Part shown: positions 45,584 through 57,147 of the stretch, piece after piece
Numbering within the stretch: position 1 is the first letter of the stretch
Layout of the letters: each line of letters opens with the position of its first letter
Origin: Verrucomicrobiota bacterium
Lineage (GTDB): Bacteria > Verrucomicrobiota > Verrucomicrobiia > Chthoniobacterales > JAFAMB01
Direction: 5' to 3'
Assembly (NCBI GenBank): GCA_019247695.1
Contig: JAFBAP010000159.1
Location: 13,265 to 77,264, forward strand
DNA length: 64,000 bases
Position numbers and translations under genes: made by a program
The notes under the pieces: model-generated
Seen by the model: only the letters and a program-made list of their open reading frames with translations
What the model was told of the DNA's origin: nothing
The model's database searches: none

Positions 45584-46873
45584 ATGAAGGTTATCGATTT
45601 ACGCAATGACCCCGCTGGCTGCCGGGAAGACCAATTTGATCGTCGCTACACGCCCTCACCGGCACTCGCGTCCAGCGTGGCCGGGATCCTGGCGGAAGTT
45701 CGCCGCGACGGCGATGCCGCGTTGCAGCGGTTTTCGCAGCAGTTCGATCACGTGGACCTCGCGGCCACGGGCCTGCGGGTGACGGAAGCAGAAATCCGAT
45801 CTGCCATGGGGCACCTGGATCCGCAGGTGAAGGAGGCGTTTGAGGCGGCCGGCACGAACGTACGCGAATTCGCGCTTCGGAGCCGGCGGACCGACTGGCT
45901 GGCGGAGAATCTTCAGGGCGCTACGGTGGGTGAGCGTTTCGATCCGTTTCAGCGGGTGGGCATTTACATCCCTGCAGGGACGGCGCCCCTGGTTTCTTCA
46001 GCGATCATGAACGTGTGCCTGGCCACTGCGATGGAGGTGCCGGAAATCGTGGTCACATCGCCGCCGAACCGCGAGGGAATGATCGACGGCAACCTGCTGT
46101 CCGCCATCAGCCTGTCCGGGGCGACGGAAATCTACAAGGTGGGTGGGGCTCAGGCGATCGCCGCACTGGCGTTCGGAACGCAAAGCATCCGGCGCGTCCT
46201 GAAAGTATTCGGCCCGGGGAACGCCTATGTGACGGAGGCGAAACGGCAGGTGTTCGGGTATGTAAGCGTCGACCTTCTACCCGGACCGAGTGAGATTCTG
46301 GTGCTCGCGGACCATACGGCTAACGTCGAATTTGTGGCTGCGGATCTGCTCGCCCAGGCCGAACATGGTCCTGGAAGCGTGATTTGTCTGGTCACCACGG
46401 ACACTGCCCTGGCGGCGAAATTGCCGGGGGTCATCGAGCGTCAGCTTGGCCGATTGCAGCGGCAGACGTATCTACAGCAGGTTTTAAAAGAGAATGCGTC
46501 GGTCGTGATCGCCCGCGACCCGATCCAAGCCATCCAGGTCGCAAACGCGTTTGCGCCGGAACACCTGTCCCTGGTGATGGAAAATGCGAGTGAACTCGCG
46601 GCACGAATCGTTACGGCAGGCGCTATTTTCCTCGGCCATTTTTCCCCGGTGGTCGCAGGCGACTTCATGGCGGGACCGAGCCATACGCTGCCGACGGGCG
46701 GGGCCGCCAAATCATTCGGCGGGCTTACGGTCGACCAGTTCCAGCGCCGGACGAGTCTGGTGTGCTATGACCGCGCAGCGCTGGAAAGATCGGCTGAGAC
46801 GTTGCGCCGGTTCAGCGAGGTCGAGCAATTGGACGCCCACGGCCGGTCGGTGACTATCCGCTTCGAGACCTAG
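45584..46873 (+). CDS. hisD: histidinol dehydrogenase
   Basis: ATG at 45584 ('MKVIDLRND'). 'RVGIYIPAGTAPLVSS', 'VFGPGNAYVTEAKR', 'DLLPGPSEILVLAD', 'LLAQAEHGP', 'NAFAPEHLSL', 'GDFMAGPSHTLPTGG'. Confidence 0.9.
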   Translation: MKVIDLRNDPAGCREDQFDRRYTPSPALASSVAGILAEVRRDGDAALQRFSQQFDHVDLAATGLRVTEAEIRSAMGHLDPQVKEAFEAAGTNVREFALRSRRTDWLAENLQGATVGERFDPFQRVGIYIPAGTAPLVSSAIMNVCLATAMEVPEIVVTSPPNREGMIDGNLLSAISLSGATEIYKVGGAQAIAALAFGTQSIRRVLKVFGPGNAYVTEAKRQVFGYVSVDLLPGPSEILVLADHTANVEFVAADLLAQAEHGPGSVICLVTTDTALAAKLPGVIERQLGRLQRQTYLQQVLKENASVVIARDPIQAIQVANAFAPEHLSLVMENASELAARIVTAGAIFLGHFSPVVAGDFMAGPSHTLPTGGAAKSFGGLTVDQFQRRTSLVCYDRAALERSAETLRRFSEVEQLDAHGRSVTIRFET

Positions 46874-46888
46874 TTTCCCGGTCAGGTT

Positions 46889-47629
46889 ATGACGGCAAGA
46901 CCGGTCAAAGCGCCAAACTGGGGACGCCGGGTCTTCATCTGGCTCGTGACGGTGACGGCATTGCTCCTGACGGTGCCCATGGCCGAGGTGGCGGTCGTGC
47001 GATTTTGGGATCCCCCGGTCACGACGGTGATGATCCAACGCCAAGTCGAACGCTGGCTTGGGTCTCCGTACCGGGCCGGCATCGACTACCGCTGGGTGCC
47101 GCTGCACTCGGTTTCAGACAACTTCCTCAAAGGGGTCTGGCAAATGGAGGACAGCCGCTTTTTCAAGCACGACGGCTTTGATTGGATCGAGATGGAGCAG
47201 GCCATGGCCCAGGCCAAGGCAAAAAATCAGCCGGTACGAGGCGTCTCGACGATCAGCATGCAATGCGCTCGATCCCTCTTTCTGTGGCAAAGCCGCTCAT
47301 GGCTGCGCAAGGGAATCGAAGCGTACTACACGTTCCTGATGGAACGCCTTCTGACGAAGGAAAGGATCCTCGAACTGTACGTAAACGTGATCGAACTCGG
47401 CGACGGAATTTATGGGATCCAGGCGGCCGCGGAACGGTATTATGGGGTAAATGCGGATCGGTTGACCCGCGCTCAGGGGGCAATGCTGGCAGCGCTGCTG
47501 CCTTTTCCCCGGGGCTGGAATCCGTTGCATCCGAGTCCCCGCCTCCAGCGGCGGTTTATCCTGGTGCTGAAACGGATGAATGAAGGCGGTTCCATCGAGC
47601 GCAATCTGGGGGATACCGGTAACGGGTAG
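46889..47629 (+). CDS. mtgA: monofunctional biosynthetic peptidoglycan transglycosylase
   Basis: GT51 motifs 'MEDSRFFKHDGFDW', 'GVSTISMQCARSLFL', 'RKGIEAYYTFLME' and 'ILELYVNVIELGDGIYG'. The last codons lie in the GTAACGG repeat. Confidence 0.85.
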   Translation: MTARPVKAPNWGRRVFIWLVTVTALLLTVPMAEVAVVRFWDPPVTTVMIQRQVERWLGSPYRAGIDYRWVPLHSVSDNFLKGVWQMEDSRFFKHDGFDWIEMEQAMAQAKAKNQPVRGVSTISMQCARSLFLWQSRSWLRKGIEAYYTFLMERLLTKERILELYVNVIELGDGIYGIQAAAERYYGVNADRLTRAQGAMLAALLPFPRGWNPLHPSPRLQRRFILVLKRMNEGGSIERNLGDTGNG

Positions 47630-47712
47630 CAACCAGGTAACCGGTCCCGGCGAATCGCCGGTTAACCGTTACCCGTTACCCGTTACGAGGTACCCGTTAC
47701 GGCCGGTTAACC
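47615..47712. repeat. GTAACGG-word palindromic element (family B) between convergent mtgA and atpC
   Basis: 'accggtaacgggtagcaaccaggtaaccggtcccggcgaatcgccggttaaccgttacccgttacccgttacgaggtacccgttacggccggttaacc', with a central hairpin 'ccggcg aat cgccgg'. Confidence 0.85.
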
Positions 47713-48171
47713 ACCGCCGGTGTGCTCGCCACCGCCGAGAGCGGTGGACGCGGCAGGGCTCTGGCCGCGGCGACGACGTTTGAATTGCAACTGGGCCAGC
47801 GAGCGCCGCAGCAGGGCTTCCTCATCTTCCCGGGTATCGGCGTCCGCGGGCCGCTCCTTCAGGGCGGCCTCGGCGCGCCGGACCGCTTCCTCTGCCGCCT
47901 GTTCGTCAATCCCCCCTTCCTCCAGCGCCATGTCGGTCAGTACGGAAACCGTCGTGTGCGTCACCTCGACGAAGCCGTTTCCCACCAGCAGCTCGGAAGT
48001 GCGTCCCGCCTTGGTGATGCGTAACGCTCCGGGCAGCAACCCTGCCACGGTCGGCACGTGACCCGCCAGCACGCCCATCTCACCTTCTGCTGCCGGGATC
48101 ACCACCATGTCCACATCGTCGGAGTAGATGCGCTCCTCCGGAGTAACCACTTCGAGTCGCACGGTAGCCAT
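47707..48171 (-). CDS. atpC: F1 ATP synthase epsilon subunit
   Basis: 'LEVVTPEERIYSDDVDMVVIPAAEGEMGVLAGHVP'; last gene of the atp operon. Confidence 0.85.
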   Translation of the reverse strand: MATVRLEVVTPEERIYSDDVDMVVIPAAEGEMGVLAGHVPTVAGLLPGALRITKAGRTSELLVGNGFVEVTHTTVSVLTDMALEEGGIDEQAAEEAVRRAEAALKERPADADTREDEEALLRRSLAQLQFKRRRRGQSPAASTALGGGEHTGGG

Positions 48172-48177
48172 AAAAGC

Positions 48178-50465
<2,288 letters not shown>

Positions 50466-50479
50466 GAACTCAGCCTCGC

Positions 50480-52015
50480 CTAAGGCCGGTAAAAGGTTTT
50501 GAAATCCTTGATCGCGGCATGCAGGGCGCCTTCAAGCTCCTTGTCGATCGCCCGTTTGTCGACGATCTGCTTCAGGATGCCTTCCTGGCGTGTCTGGAAG
50601 AAGTCCCGCAGCTTGGTTTTGCAATCCCGCACCTTGTCCACCGCGACGTCGTCAAAATAGCCCTTCTGCATCGCAAACAGCAGAACCACTTGTACCTCTA
50701 CGGGCAACGGGTCGTGCTGTCCTTGCTTGAAGAGTTCGACGATGCGCTGGCCCCGATCGAGCTTTTTGCGCGTGCCCGGATCGACATCCGAACCGAACTG
50801 GGCAAACGCCTGGAGATCCCGGAATTGCGCCAGGTCGAGCTTGGTCGTGCCGGCAACCTGTTTGATGGCTTTGATCTGCGCCGCCGATCCCACCCGGCTC
50901 ACGGAGATACCAACCGAAATTGCCGGGCGCACCCCTTGGTAGAACAGGTCCGTTTCCAGGTAGATCTGGCCGTCGGTGATGGAGATGACGTTTGTAGGAA
51001 TGTAAGCCGACACGTCGCCCGCCTGGGTCTCAATGAAGGGGAGCGCGGTCAGGGAACCGCCGCCTTCTTTCTCGCTCAGACGCGCGCTGCGCTCCAGCAA
51101 GCGCGAGTGCAGGTAAAACACGTCACCCGGATACGCCTCACGGCCGGACGGGCGTCTCAGCACCAGGGAGACCTGGCGGTAAGCGGCCGCGTGCTTCGTC
51201 AGGTCGTCATAAATAATGAGCGCGTCCATGCCGTTGTTCATGAACCACTCGCCCATGGCCGTCCCGGCGTAAGGGGCGAGGTACTGGTTCGTCGCGCTCT
51301 CGGCCGCGGGAGCGGAAACGATGATCGTATACGGCAATGCGCCCGCTTTATCGAGGGTGTCGATGGTCCGGGCAACCGACATGTTTTTCTGGCCGACCGC
51401 CACGTAGATGCAGTAGAGCGGCTTATGGTTCTTGTTGCGCCCTTCTTCGGCTTCGCGGTTCAGCTTGGCCTGGCTGATGATCGTGTCGAGCGCCACCGTT
51501 GACTTGCCCGTGGCGCGGTCGCCGATGATCAATTCACGCTGGCCGCGACCGATCGGAATCATCGCGTCGACGGCCATGATCCCCGTCTGTACCGGGACCG
51601 TGACGCTCTGGCGTTTGATGATGCCGGGCGCAATCTTTTCGACCGGGTAAGTCTCTTCTGCCCGGATCGGTCCCTTGCCGTCGATCGGCTGCCCCAGCGC
51701 GTTGACCACCCGGCCCAGAAGACCTTTGCCGACCGGCACCGACAACAGCCGGCCCGTGGTCCGTACCTCCATGCCCTCCGTGATCTCGGTGTATTCGCCC
51801 AGCAGGATGGCGCCGACCTCAGTCTCTTCCAGGTTCAACGCGAGACCGTACAGGCCGCCCGGGAACTCAAGCATCTCGTTGAGCATGACATCGCTCAGCC
51901 CCTCGATTTTGGCGACCCCATCCCCTACCTCACGCACGGTCCCGACGTTCGTCCGGGTCGTCTCCGTCTGCAGCCCCGCAATCGTGGATTCCAACTCCTC
52001 CAGAAACGCGCTCAT
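50480..52015 (-). CDS. atpA: F1 ATP synthase alpha subunit
   Basis: ATG at 52015 ('MSAFLEELE'). '[15 protein letters not shown]', '[43 protein letters not shown]'. Confidence 0.95.
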   Translation of the reverse strand: MSAFLEELESTIAGLQTETTRTNVGTVREVGDGVAKIEGLSDVMLNEMLEFPGGLYGLALNLEETEVGAILLGEYTEITEGMEVRTTGRLLSVPVGKGLLGRVVNALGQPIDGKGPIRAEETYPVEKIAPGIIKRQSVTVPVQTGIMAVDAMIPIGRGQRELIIGDRATGKSTVALDTIISQAKLNREAEEGRNKNHKPLYCIYVAVGQKNMSVARTIDTLDKAGALPYTIIVSAPAAESATNQYLAPYAGTAMGEWFMNNGMDALIIYDDLTKHAAAYRQVSLVLRRPSGREAYPGDVFYLHSRLLERSARLSEKEGGGSLTALPFIETQAGDVSAYIPTNVISITDGQIYLETDLFYQGVRPAISVGISVSRVGSAAQIKAIKQVAGTTKLDLAQFRDLQAFAQFGSDVDPGTRKKLDRGQRIVELFKQGQHDPLPVEVQVVLLFAMQKGYFDDVAVDKVRDCKTKLRDFFQTRQEGILKQIVDKRAIDKELEGALHAAIKDFKTFYRP

Positions 52016-52046
52016 GATCTGGTCTCTTTCCTTTAAGCCTTTAAGG

Positions 52047-52439
52047 TTAGAACTTCTCTTGCAAACGGTTGAGCCGGTTACGAACCGAACCATCCAAAAC
52101 GTTGTTTCCGATCTTGATGCGGAGTCCGCCCAGCAACTCAGGATTTGTCCGGAACTCCGTGGTTACGTCGTCGCCGTAACGAGCACGTAAGGTGTTGACG
52201 ATCTGGTCACCCAGGGAACGGTTTAACGGAGTCGCGCTCTCGATCACGGCGTGGCGTTTCTCGACCTCCAGCCGAATCAGGCGCTGGTAGTCCTTGAGGA
52301 CTTCAAGGTATTGGCGTGGCTTCTCGTTAATAACGGTTTGCACCATTTGCGTTACTTTCTGCTTATCTAATTTTCCGTCGGAAAAACTTTGCCGAAGCAA
52401 GTGCCGGGAAAGCCGGCGGGCCTCTCGGGTGCCTCTCAT
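52047..52439 (-). CDS. atpH: F1 ATP synthase delta (OSCP) subunit, unusually short (130 aa)
   Basis: C-terminal '[25 protein letters not shown]' matches the OSCP consensus. It lies between atpF and atpA. Confidence 0.75.
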   Translation of the reverse strand: MRGTREARRLSRHLLRQSFSDGKLDKQKVTQMVQTVINEKPRQYLEVLKDYQRLIRLEVEKRHAVIESATPLNRSLGDQIVNTLRARYGDDVTTEFRTNPELLGGLRIKIGNNVLDGSVRNRLNRLQEKF

Positions 52440-52443
52440 GCCT

Positions 52444-52956
52444 TTAAACGGCCGCCAACTGGCGCGCGGTTTCCTCGTTTAAACGTTGCTGGTCGGACGG
52501 GGTAAGCACCTTGCCCGTCACTTTCTCGGTTGTTTCCACGACCAGACGGCCGATCTCATGCCTGACCTCCGCCATGACCCGTTCACGTTCCAATTGAATG
52601 GATTCCTGCGCCTTCTGGTTGATCCGCTCCGCTTCGGCAATCGCTTCCTGGCGCTTTTGCTCGGCCAACCGTTCACTGCTCACGCGGACATCCTCCAGCA
52701 ACCGTTGCGCTTCTGCGCTGGCTTTGGCCAGAATTTCTTCATAGCGCTGCTGCGCCGCCGCCAGCTGCTGCTTGATCTTTTCAGCGTTCAACTGGCCCTC
52801 TTCAATGCGTCGCCGGCGCTCTTCAAACATATCCACGATCGGCTTGAAGGCGTACCTGCGCAGGATGAGGTAGACGAGTATAAACAGAACCACCTGCGCA
52901 ATGAGGTTGGGCCAGTAAATCCCAAAGATCTGGGCAATGTTCTCAGCGGGATTCAT
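52444..52956 (-). CDS. atpF: Fo ATP synthase subunit b
   Basis: A single N-terminal TM segment 'LIAQVVLFILVYLILRRYAFKPI', then a long charged helix. Confidence 0.85.
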   Translation of the reverse strand: MNPAENIAQIFGIYWPNLIAQVVLFILVYLILRRYAFKPIVDMFEERRRRIEEGQLNAEKIKQQLAAAQQRYEEILAKASAEAQRLLEDVRVSSERLAEQKRQEAIAEAERINQKAQESIQLERERVMAEVRHEIGRLVVETTEKVTGKVLTPSDQQRLNEETARQLAAV

Positions 52957-52990
52957 CTTCTGCTGCTCTCCCCTTGTCTCTCAGACGACC

Positions 52991-53049
52991 GATGAACGAG
53001 GCCCGGCTGCGGGGTCAGATCCCCGCAGCCAGACTGAACGTTCGTTCAT
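52991..53049 (-). promoter_or_regulatory. intercistronic stem-loop between atpE and atpF
   Basis: A 10-bp GC stem 'ggctgcgggg'(53005-53014) / 'ccccgcagcc'(53021-53030) with a 6-nt loop, nested in an outer pairing 'atgaacg'(52992-52998) / 'cgttcat'(53043-53049). Confidence 0.5.
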
Positions 53050-53330
53050 TACTTCGTAAACGCAATAATCAGTGCGTAAATCGCGATCGCCTCTGAGAGC
53101 GCCATACCGATAATCGCGATCACCAGGATGCTGTTAAAGGCACCCGGGTTGCGTCCGACGGCCTGCGCCGCCCCCTGGCCGACCAAACCGACGCCGATAC
53201 CGGCCCCGGCCCCGGCAAAGGCCAGCGGGAAGGTTGCCCCAAGGTTACCCGTAAGGCCAGGAGCCGCACCGGCTCCGGCGGCAGCCGCATCTGCAGCAGC
53301 CGCCAAGATAGGATGGAGGATGTCTACCAT
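53049..53330 (-). CDS. atpE: Fo ATP synthase subunit c
   Basis: Hairpin proteolipid with a Gly-rich helix 1 'GAGAGIGVGLVGQGAAQAVGRNP' and a carboxylate helix 'IGMALSEAIAIYALIIAF'. Confidence 0.9.
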   Translation of the reverse strand: MVDILHPILAAAADAAAAGAGAAPGLTGNLGATFPLAFAGAGAGIGVGLVGQGAAQAVGRNPGAFNSILVIAIIGMALSEAIAIYALIIAFTK

Positions 53331-53390
53331 AGGATGTCTCTTTTTGCTTCTCGCCGCCCACGCTCATCGGATGGTCCCGGCGAGAAATTT

Positions 53391-54260
53391 TCAGTGGCCG
53401 TGCGCGCCCGCGCCTTCTCCTTCTCCCTCCGGATGGGTGGTGGAGAGCCGGATGTACACCGCGCAGAGCAGCGCAAAAACGAATGCCTGCAGAATTCCGA
53501 CCAGAAGCTCAAGAAAGTAGAAAGGCAACGGAAAAAGCACGCTGGTGATCCAGTTCAACGGGATGGGCAGGCCCGAGCCCAGCTCCGACATCGTATGAAG
53601 CAGCGTCTCCCCCGCATAGATGTTGCCGAAAAGCCGGAGGGAAAGCGAGACCGGCCGGAAAATGATGGAGATGATCTCGATAATCCCCGTGAAGATAAAG
53701 AGCGGCAGCAGCACGAACCACATGGCGCCTTTCATGCCGCCCTTCGGGGCAAAGTTCTCCTTCAGGAAACCGACCACGCCCACTTCGCTGATAGTCCAAA
53801 TGACCCACCAGATCATGAAGAAGAGCGCCATCCCCAGCGTCATGTTCAGGTCCGCATTGGAGGGCCGCAACAGGGGGCGCTGCACCTCCTCCAGGGCAAG
53901 CGGCCCGTGCGCAGGCGGACCGAAACCGATCGTGCCGACCCCGGGCACCAGCCCGAACCAGTTCGCGGCGAGAATGAAAACGAACAGGGTCGCGATCAGC
54001 GGAAAGGTTTTCGCGATCATGTGGCGCCCGACGATCCCCTCGAAGGTGGTGTAGAGCGCTTCGACCACGGTTTCAAAAACGTTCTGATGGCCGCTCGGCA
54101 CCAATTCCATCCTGGCGGTGGCGGATCGTGCCCAGACCAACAGCAGCCCGGCGACGATCACCGTGACCAGCAAAGAATTGGTAAACCAGACGTGATTGGG
54201 AAAAAACGGCGTCGCGTTTACCGAGATCTGCTCCGCAAGAAAGTATATTCCCATCCCCAT
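53391..54260 (-). CDS. atpB: Fo ATP synthase subunit a
   Basis: 'RPVSLSLRLFGNIYAGE' (conserved Arg) and 'LELLVGILQAFVFALL'. Confidence 0.9.
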   Translation of the reverse strand: MGMGIYFLAEQISVNATPFFPNHVWFTNSLLVTVIVAGLLLVWARSATARMELVPSGHQNVFETVVEALYTTFEGIVGRHMIAKTFPLIATLFVFILAANWFGLVPGVGTIGFGPPAHGPLALEEVQRPLLRPSNADLNMTLGMALFFMIWWVIWTISEVGVVGFLKENFAPKGGMKGAMWFVLLPLFIFTGIIEIISIIFRPVSLSLRLFGNIYAGETLLHTMSELGSGLPIPLNWITSVLFPLPFYFLELLVGILQAFVFALLCAVYIRLSTTHPEGEGEGAGAHGH

Positions 54261-54541
54261 AGTTTAGTTGCCCTCCAGACGTATCGACACGACACCTGGG
54301 GCTTAATTAGCGCAGGGCGGACCAGAGGGTGAACTCGGGAATAAAAGCAATCGACTACCTTACTGGCAAGTCGTTTTGCGATTTTTTTCCAAGGTTTTTC
54401 CAACGCAAGTGGAAAGCCTGCCGAAACTTTGCGGCGCCTCGGCCGGCGTCGGAATCAAACGCACCCTTCCCGGAGGCCCTATCCCGTTCAAGGACGGCAA
54501 GACCGGCTTCCCTGGCCTGATGCCTATTTATAATATTATGT

Positions 54542-55828
54542 ATGTACCGGCCCGGGCACCTTGATCCGGTACGCCGTTCGACGTTTATGCCTACCCGCAG
54601 CCCTCACCTGAAAGTTCAGCCCGGCGCGGACCCTGCGCCGGGACGCAATCCGTCTCTGGCCTACCTTTTTGAACGTTTCCCAGCGTTTACGCAGACATTT
54701 TGCGCCCGCGAAGTGCTCGAACTGTCCCGCCAGGGGTTGGCCGTGCCGATTTATTCGATCCGGCGGCCGGTGGAACCGCCGCCCAGTGATTTACCGCTCC
54801 AGGATCTTGACGTGCGTTACCTGCCCGATACCAACCGGCTCAGGTTCAAACTCGAGGCCAGGCTTCTGTCGCCCCAATACCATCAGCACTGGGATGCCGA
54901 GGGGGACACCCGTGACAAAAACCGGTACCGCGAAGCCCTCTACCTGGGCCGCCGCCTCCGCCGGCACGGCATCGGCCACCTCCACGTCCATTTTGCCAGC
55001 CTGGCCGCGCGTACCGCCTGGTGGATCAAACGGCTGCACGGCATCCCTTACAGCCTTACCGCCCATGCGAAAGACATTTTCCGGCCCAAACCGGACCAGC
55101 GCGTGCCCATGGAGGTTCTGATCCGTGACGCCGCCTTCGTGGTCAGCGTCAGCAATTATGGGGCGGATTACCTCCGTGCCCGCGTCCCGGAGGCCGCCGG
55201 CCGCATCCTGCGGATCTATAACGGGCTGGACCTGTCGCGGTTCCGCGCGGCCCGGCCGGAGGCGACGCCCATCCGGCTACTGGCCATCGGGCGGCTCATT
55301 GAAAAAAAGGGATTCATTTATCTGCTGCAAGCCTGCCGCGATCTCAACCGGGCGGGTTTACCGTTCTCCTGCCGGATCGTCGGCGAAGGGCCCGAACACG
55401 ACCACCTCGCCCAATACATCGAACGGGAACGCCTTAGCCCGCGAGTCCAACTGGTTGGCGCCCGGACGCAAGGAGAAATCGCCGATCTGCTCGCCGAAGC
55501 CAGCATTTTCGTCTTTCCGGCCGTCCACGACCGCGACCGTGATTCCGACAACCTGCCGACCGTGATCGCCGAGGCGATGGCCAGCGGCTTGCCCGTCGTC
55601 AGCACCTGGGTGGCCGGCATCCCGGAAATGGTGGTGCCGGACCGGAACGGCCTGCTCGTCGAGGAACGTAACCCGAGCCGGCTGGCCCAGGCGATTCAGC
55701 TGCTGGCGGAAGATCCCGCCCGGAGAGTTTCCTTCGGCACAAATTCGCGCCGTCTGGCTGAGCAGCATTTCGACCTGCACAAGACCGTGGCCCAATTGCG
55801 GGAAACCTTCCGGGAGCGCGTCGCCTGA
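54542..55828 (+). CDS. GT4-family glycosyltransferase (start 54542 or 54587)
   Basis: 'LAYLFERFPAFTQTFCAREV', 'KGFIYLLQA', and the C-terminal GT-B motif 'FVFPAVHDRDRDSDNLPTVIAEAMASGLPVVST'. Confidence 0.75.
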   Translation: MYRPGHLDPVRRSTFMPTRSPHLKVQPGADPAPGRNPSLAYLFERFPAFTQTFCAREVLELSRQGLAVPIYSIRRPVEPPPSDLPLQDLDVRYLPDTNRLRFKLEARLLSPQYHQHWDAEGDTRDKNRYREALYLGRRLRRHGIGHLHVHFASLAARTAWWIKRLHGIPYSLTAHAKDIFRPKPDQRVPMEVLIRDAAFVVSVSNYGADYLRARVPEAAGRILRIYNGLDLSRFRAARPEATPIRLLAIGRLIEKKGFIYLLQACRDLNRAGLPFSCRIVGEGPEHDHLAQYIERERLSPRVQLVGARTQGEIADLLAEASIFVFPAVHDRDRDSDNLPTVIAEAMASGLPVVSTWVAGIPEMVVPDRNGLLVEERNPSRLAQAIQLLAEDPARRVSFGTNSRRLAEQHFDLHKTVAQLRETFRERVA

Positions 55829-55872
55829 ATTTAGGGTTGATTTTACCCGCGCGGGGCACCTTAAATGCGCCT

Positions 55873-56130
55873 ATGCCTAACGAAAGTAAAGCGAACAGCG
55901 CGTTCATGAAACCGGTCCAGCCGGACGCTGCTTTGGCCAAAATCGTCGGATCAGATCCTTTGCCTCGAACTGAACTCACCAAAAAACTTTGGGAGTACAT
56001 TAAGAAAAATAATCTTCAGGATAAAAAGACCATCAAAGCTGATGCCGCGCTGGAAGCGGTATTTAATGGTAAAAAGCAGGTGGACATGTTTGAGCTCACT
56101 CGCCTGGTGAACGGGCACCTGGTGAAATAG
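55873..56130 (+). CDS. SWIB/MDM2-domain protein
   Basis: 'FMKPVQPDAALAKIVGSDPLPRTELTKKLWEYIKKNNLQDKKTIKADAALEAVFNGKKQVDMFELTRLVNGHL' matches the canonical SWIB domain layout. Confidence 0.8.
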   Translation: MPNESKANSAFMKPVQPDAALAKIVGSDPLPRTELTKKLWEYIKKNNLQDKKTIKADAALEAVFNGKKQVDMFELTRLVNGHLVK

Positions 56131-56205
56131 CGGCCCTCCTTTGTATTCGGAGCAGCCGCGGCAGCTGTAAAAAGCAGTTTACCTGGCGTTGTTTTCGGTC
56201 AAGGG

Positions 56206-56919
56206 TTGCAGGTTGTGCCTAGTTTCCGCGTCAAGATCGCCATCGCCGCGATTGTCGCAGCCGGACTAGTGGTTGCGGCTGCCCATTTTCCAGTTATCCC
56301 GGTCCTGAAAGGTTTTTGTGACCACGTGGGCCGAATGGGGGCGGCCGGGGTTGTCTGCTTTGCCTTGCTCCTTGCCGTCGGTTCCGTCTGCATGCTTCCA
56401 GCCAGCCCTTTCATCATCGCCGCTTCGGCCGTGTTTGGGTTCGGACTCGGGCTAACGGCCGGGCTGTCCGGGATTGCGCTCGGGGCGTCGCTCGGTTTTT
56501 TTCTGTCGCGCTGGTTGTTGAGAAAAGATGTTGCCGCTCAACTCCGAAAACACCCCACGTTCGAAAGCATCGACCTCGCGATTGAGCGCGAAGGGTGGAA
56601 GATCATTATCCTCCTCCGGCTCTGCCCGATCCCTTTCGGATTAGCCAATTACCTTTACGGGCTGACGGGGATCCCGTACCAGGCTTACCTGTTAACCACG
56701 CTGGCCGGCGGCCTGCCTTCGACCCTGCTTTTCTGCCACCTCGGCGCCGCCAGCAAGGCCGGGCTCGAGGCGGTTGCCTCCGGTCAGTCCGGCCATCACG
56801 CGGGCCAGATCGTGCTGCTGGGACTCAGCGTGGCCGCCACCGTGGCGGTCATCGTGGTCTTACCCCGGTTTGCGAAGAAAGCCATCGCCAAACACGCCAA
56901 GGTCAGCATCCCCTCCTAG
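56206..56919 (+). CDS. TVP38/TMEM64 (DedA-superfamily, VTT-domain) membrane protein
   Basis: 'LLRLCPIPFGLANYLYGLTGIPYQAYLLTTLAGGLPSTLLF'; multi-TM. The start (TTG at 56206) is uncertain. Confidence 0.7.
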   Translation: MQVVPSFRVKIAIAAIVAAGLVVAAAHFPVIPVLKGFCDHVGRMGAAGVVCFALLLAVGSVCMLPASPFIIAASAVFGFGLGLTAGLSGIALGASLGFFLSRWLLRKDVAAQLRKHPTFESIDLAIEREGWKIIILLRLCPIPFGLANYLYGLTGIPYQAYLLTTLAGGLPSTLLFCHLGAASKAGLEAVASGQSGHHAGQIVLLGLSVAATVAVIVVLPRFAKKAIAKHAKVSIPS

Positions 56920-56922
56920 AAG

Positions 56923-57131
56923 CGGTAACGCGTAACGAGTAACGGGTAACGGGTGGCGGGTCGAGTAAATGCCGCTCAGGGGTGACTTCGACGGCTCGTG
57001 CGCATGGCGTTGATTCCATACCGGCGGTGAAGCAGTTCTTCCTGGGCTGACGCGCGGCGCTCTCCACCGGGTACAACGTCGGCTTGCGGTCTTCCACCCG
57101 CTATTCGTTACGCGTTACCCGTTACCCGCCC
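56923..57131. repeat. family B element: GTAACGG-word inverted arms around a 134-nt unique core
   Basis: The arms 'cggtaacgcgtaacgagtaacgggtaacgggtggcgggt' (56923-56961) and 'cacccgctattcgttacgcgttacccgttacccgcccc' (57096-57131) lie between convergent stops at 56919 and 57148. Confidence 0.85.
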
Positions 57132-57147
57132 CTCTCTTCCATTTTCC

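Noticed and set aside
53049-53330. Whether the c subunit carries a Na+-binding signature.
   Set aside because: Helix 2 reads 'SEAIAIY' (Glu followed by Ala), not the E-S/T-T pattern of Na+-translocating c subunits, so it looks like an ordinary H+ type.
54218-54403. A 61-aa ORF upstream of atpB considered as a candidate atpI.
   Set aside because: It overlaps the atpB start by 43 nt, it is basic and not hydrophobic (AtpI is a membrane protein), and it has no supporting motif.
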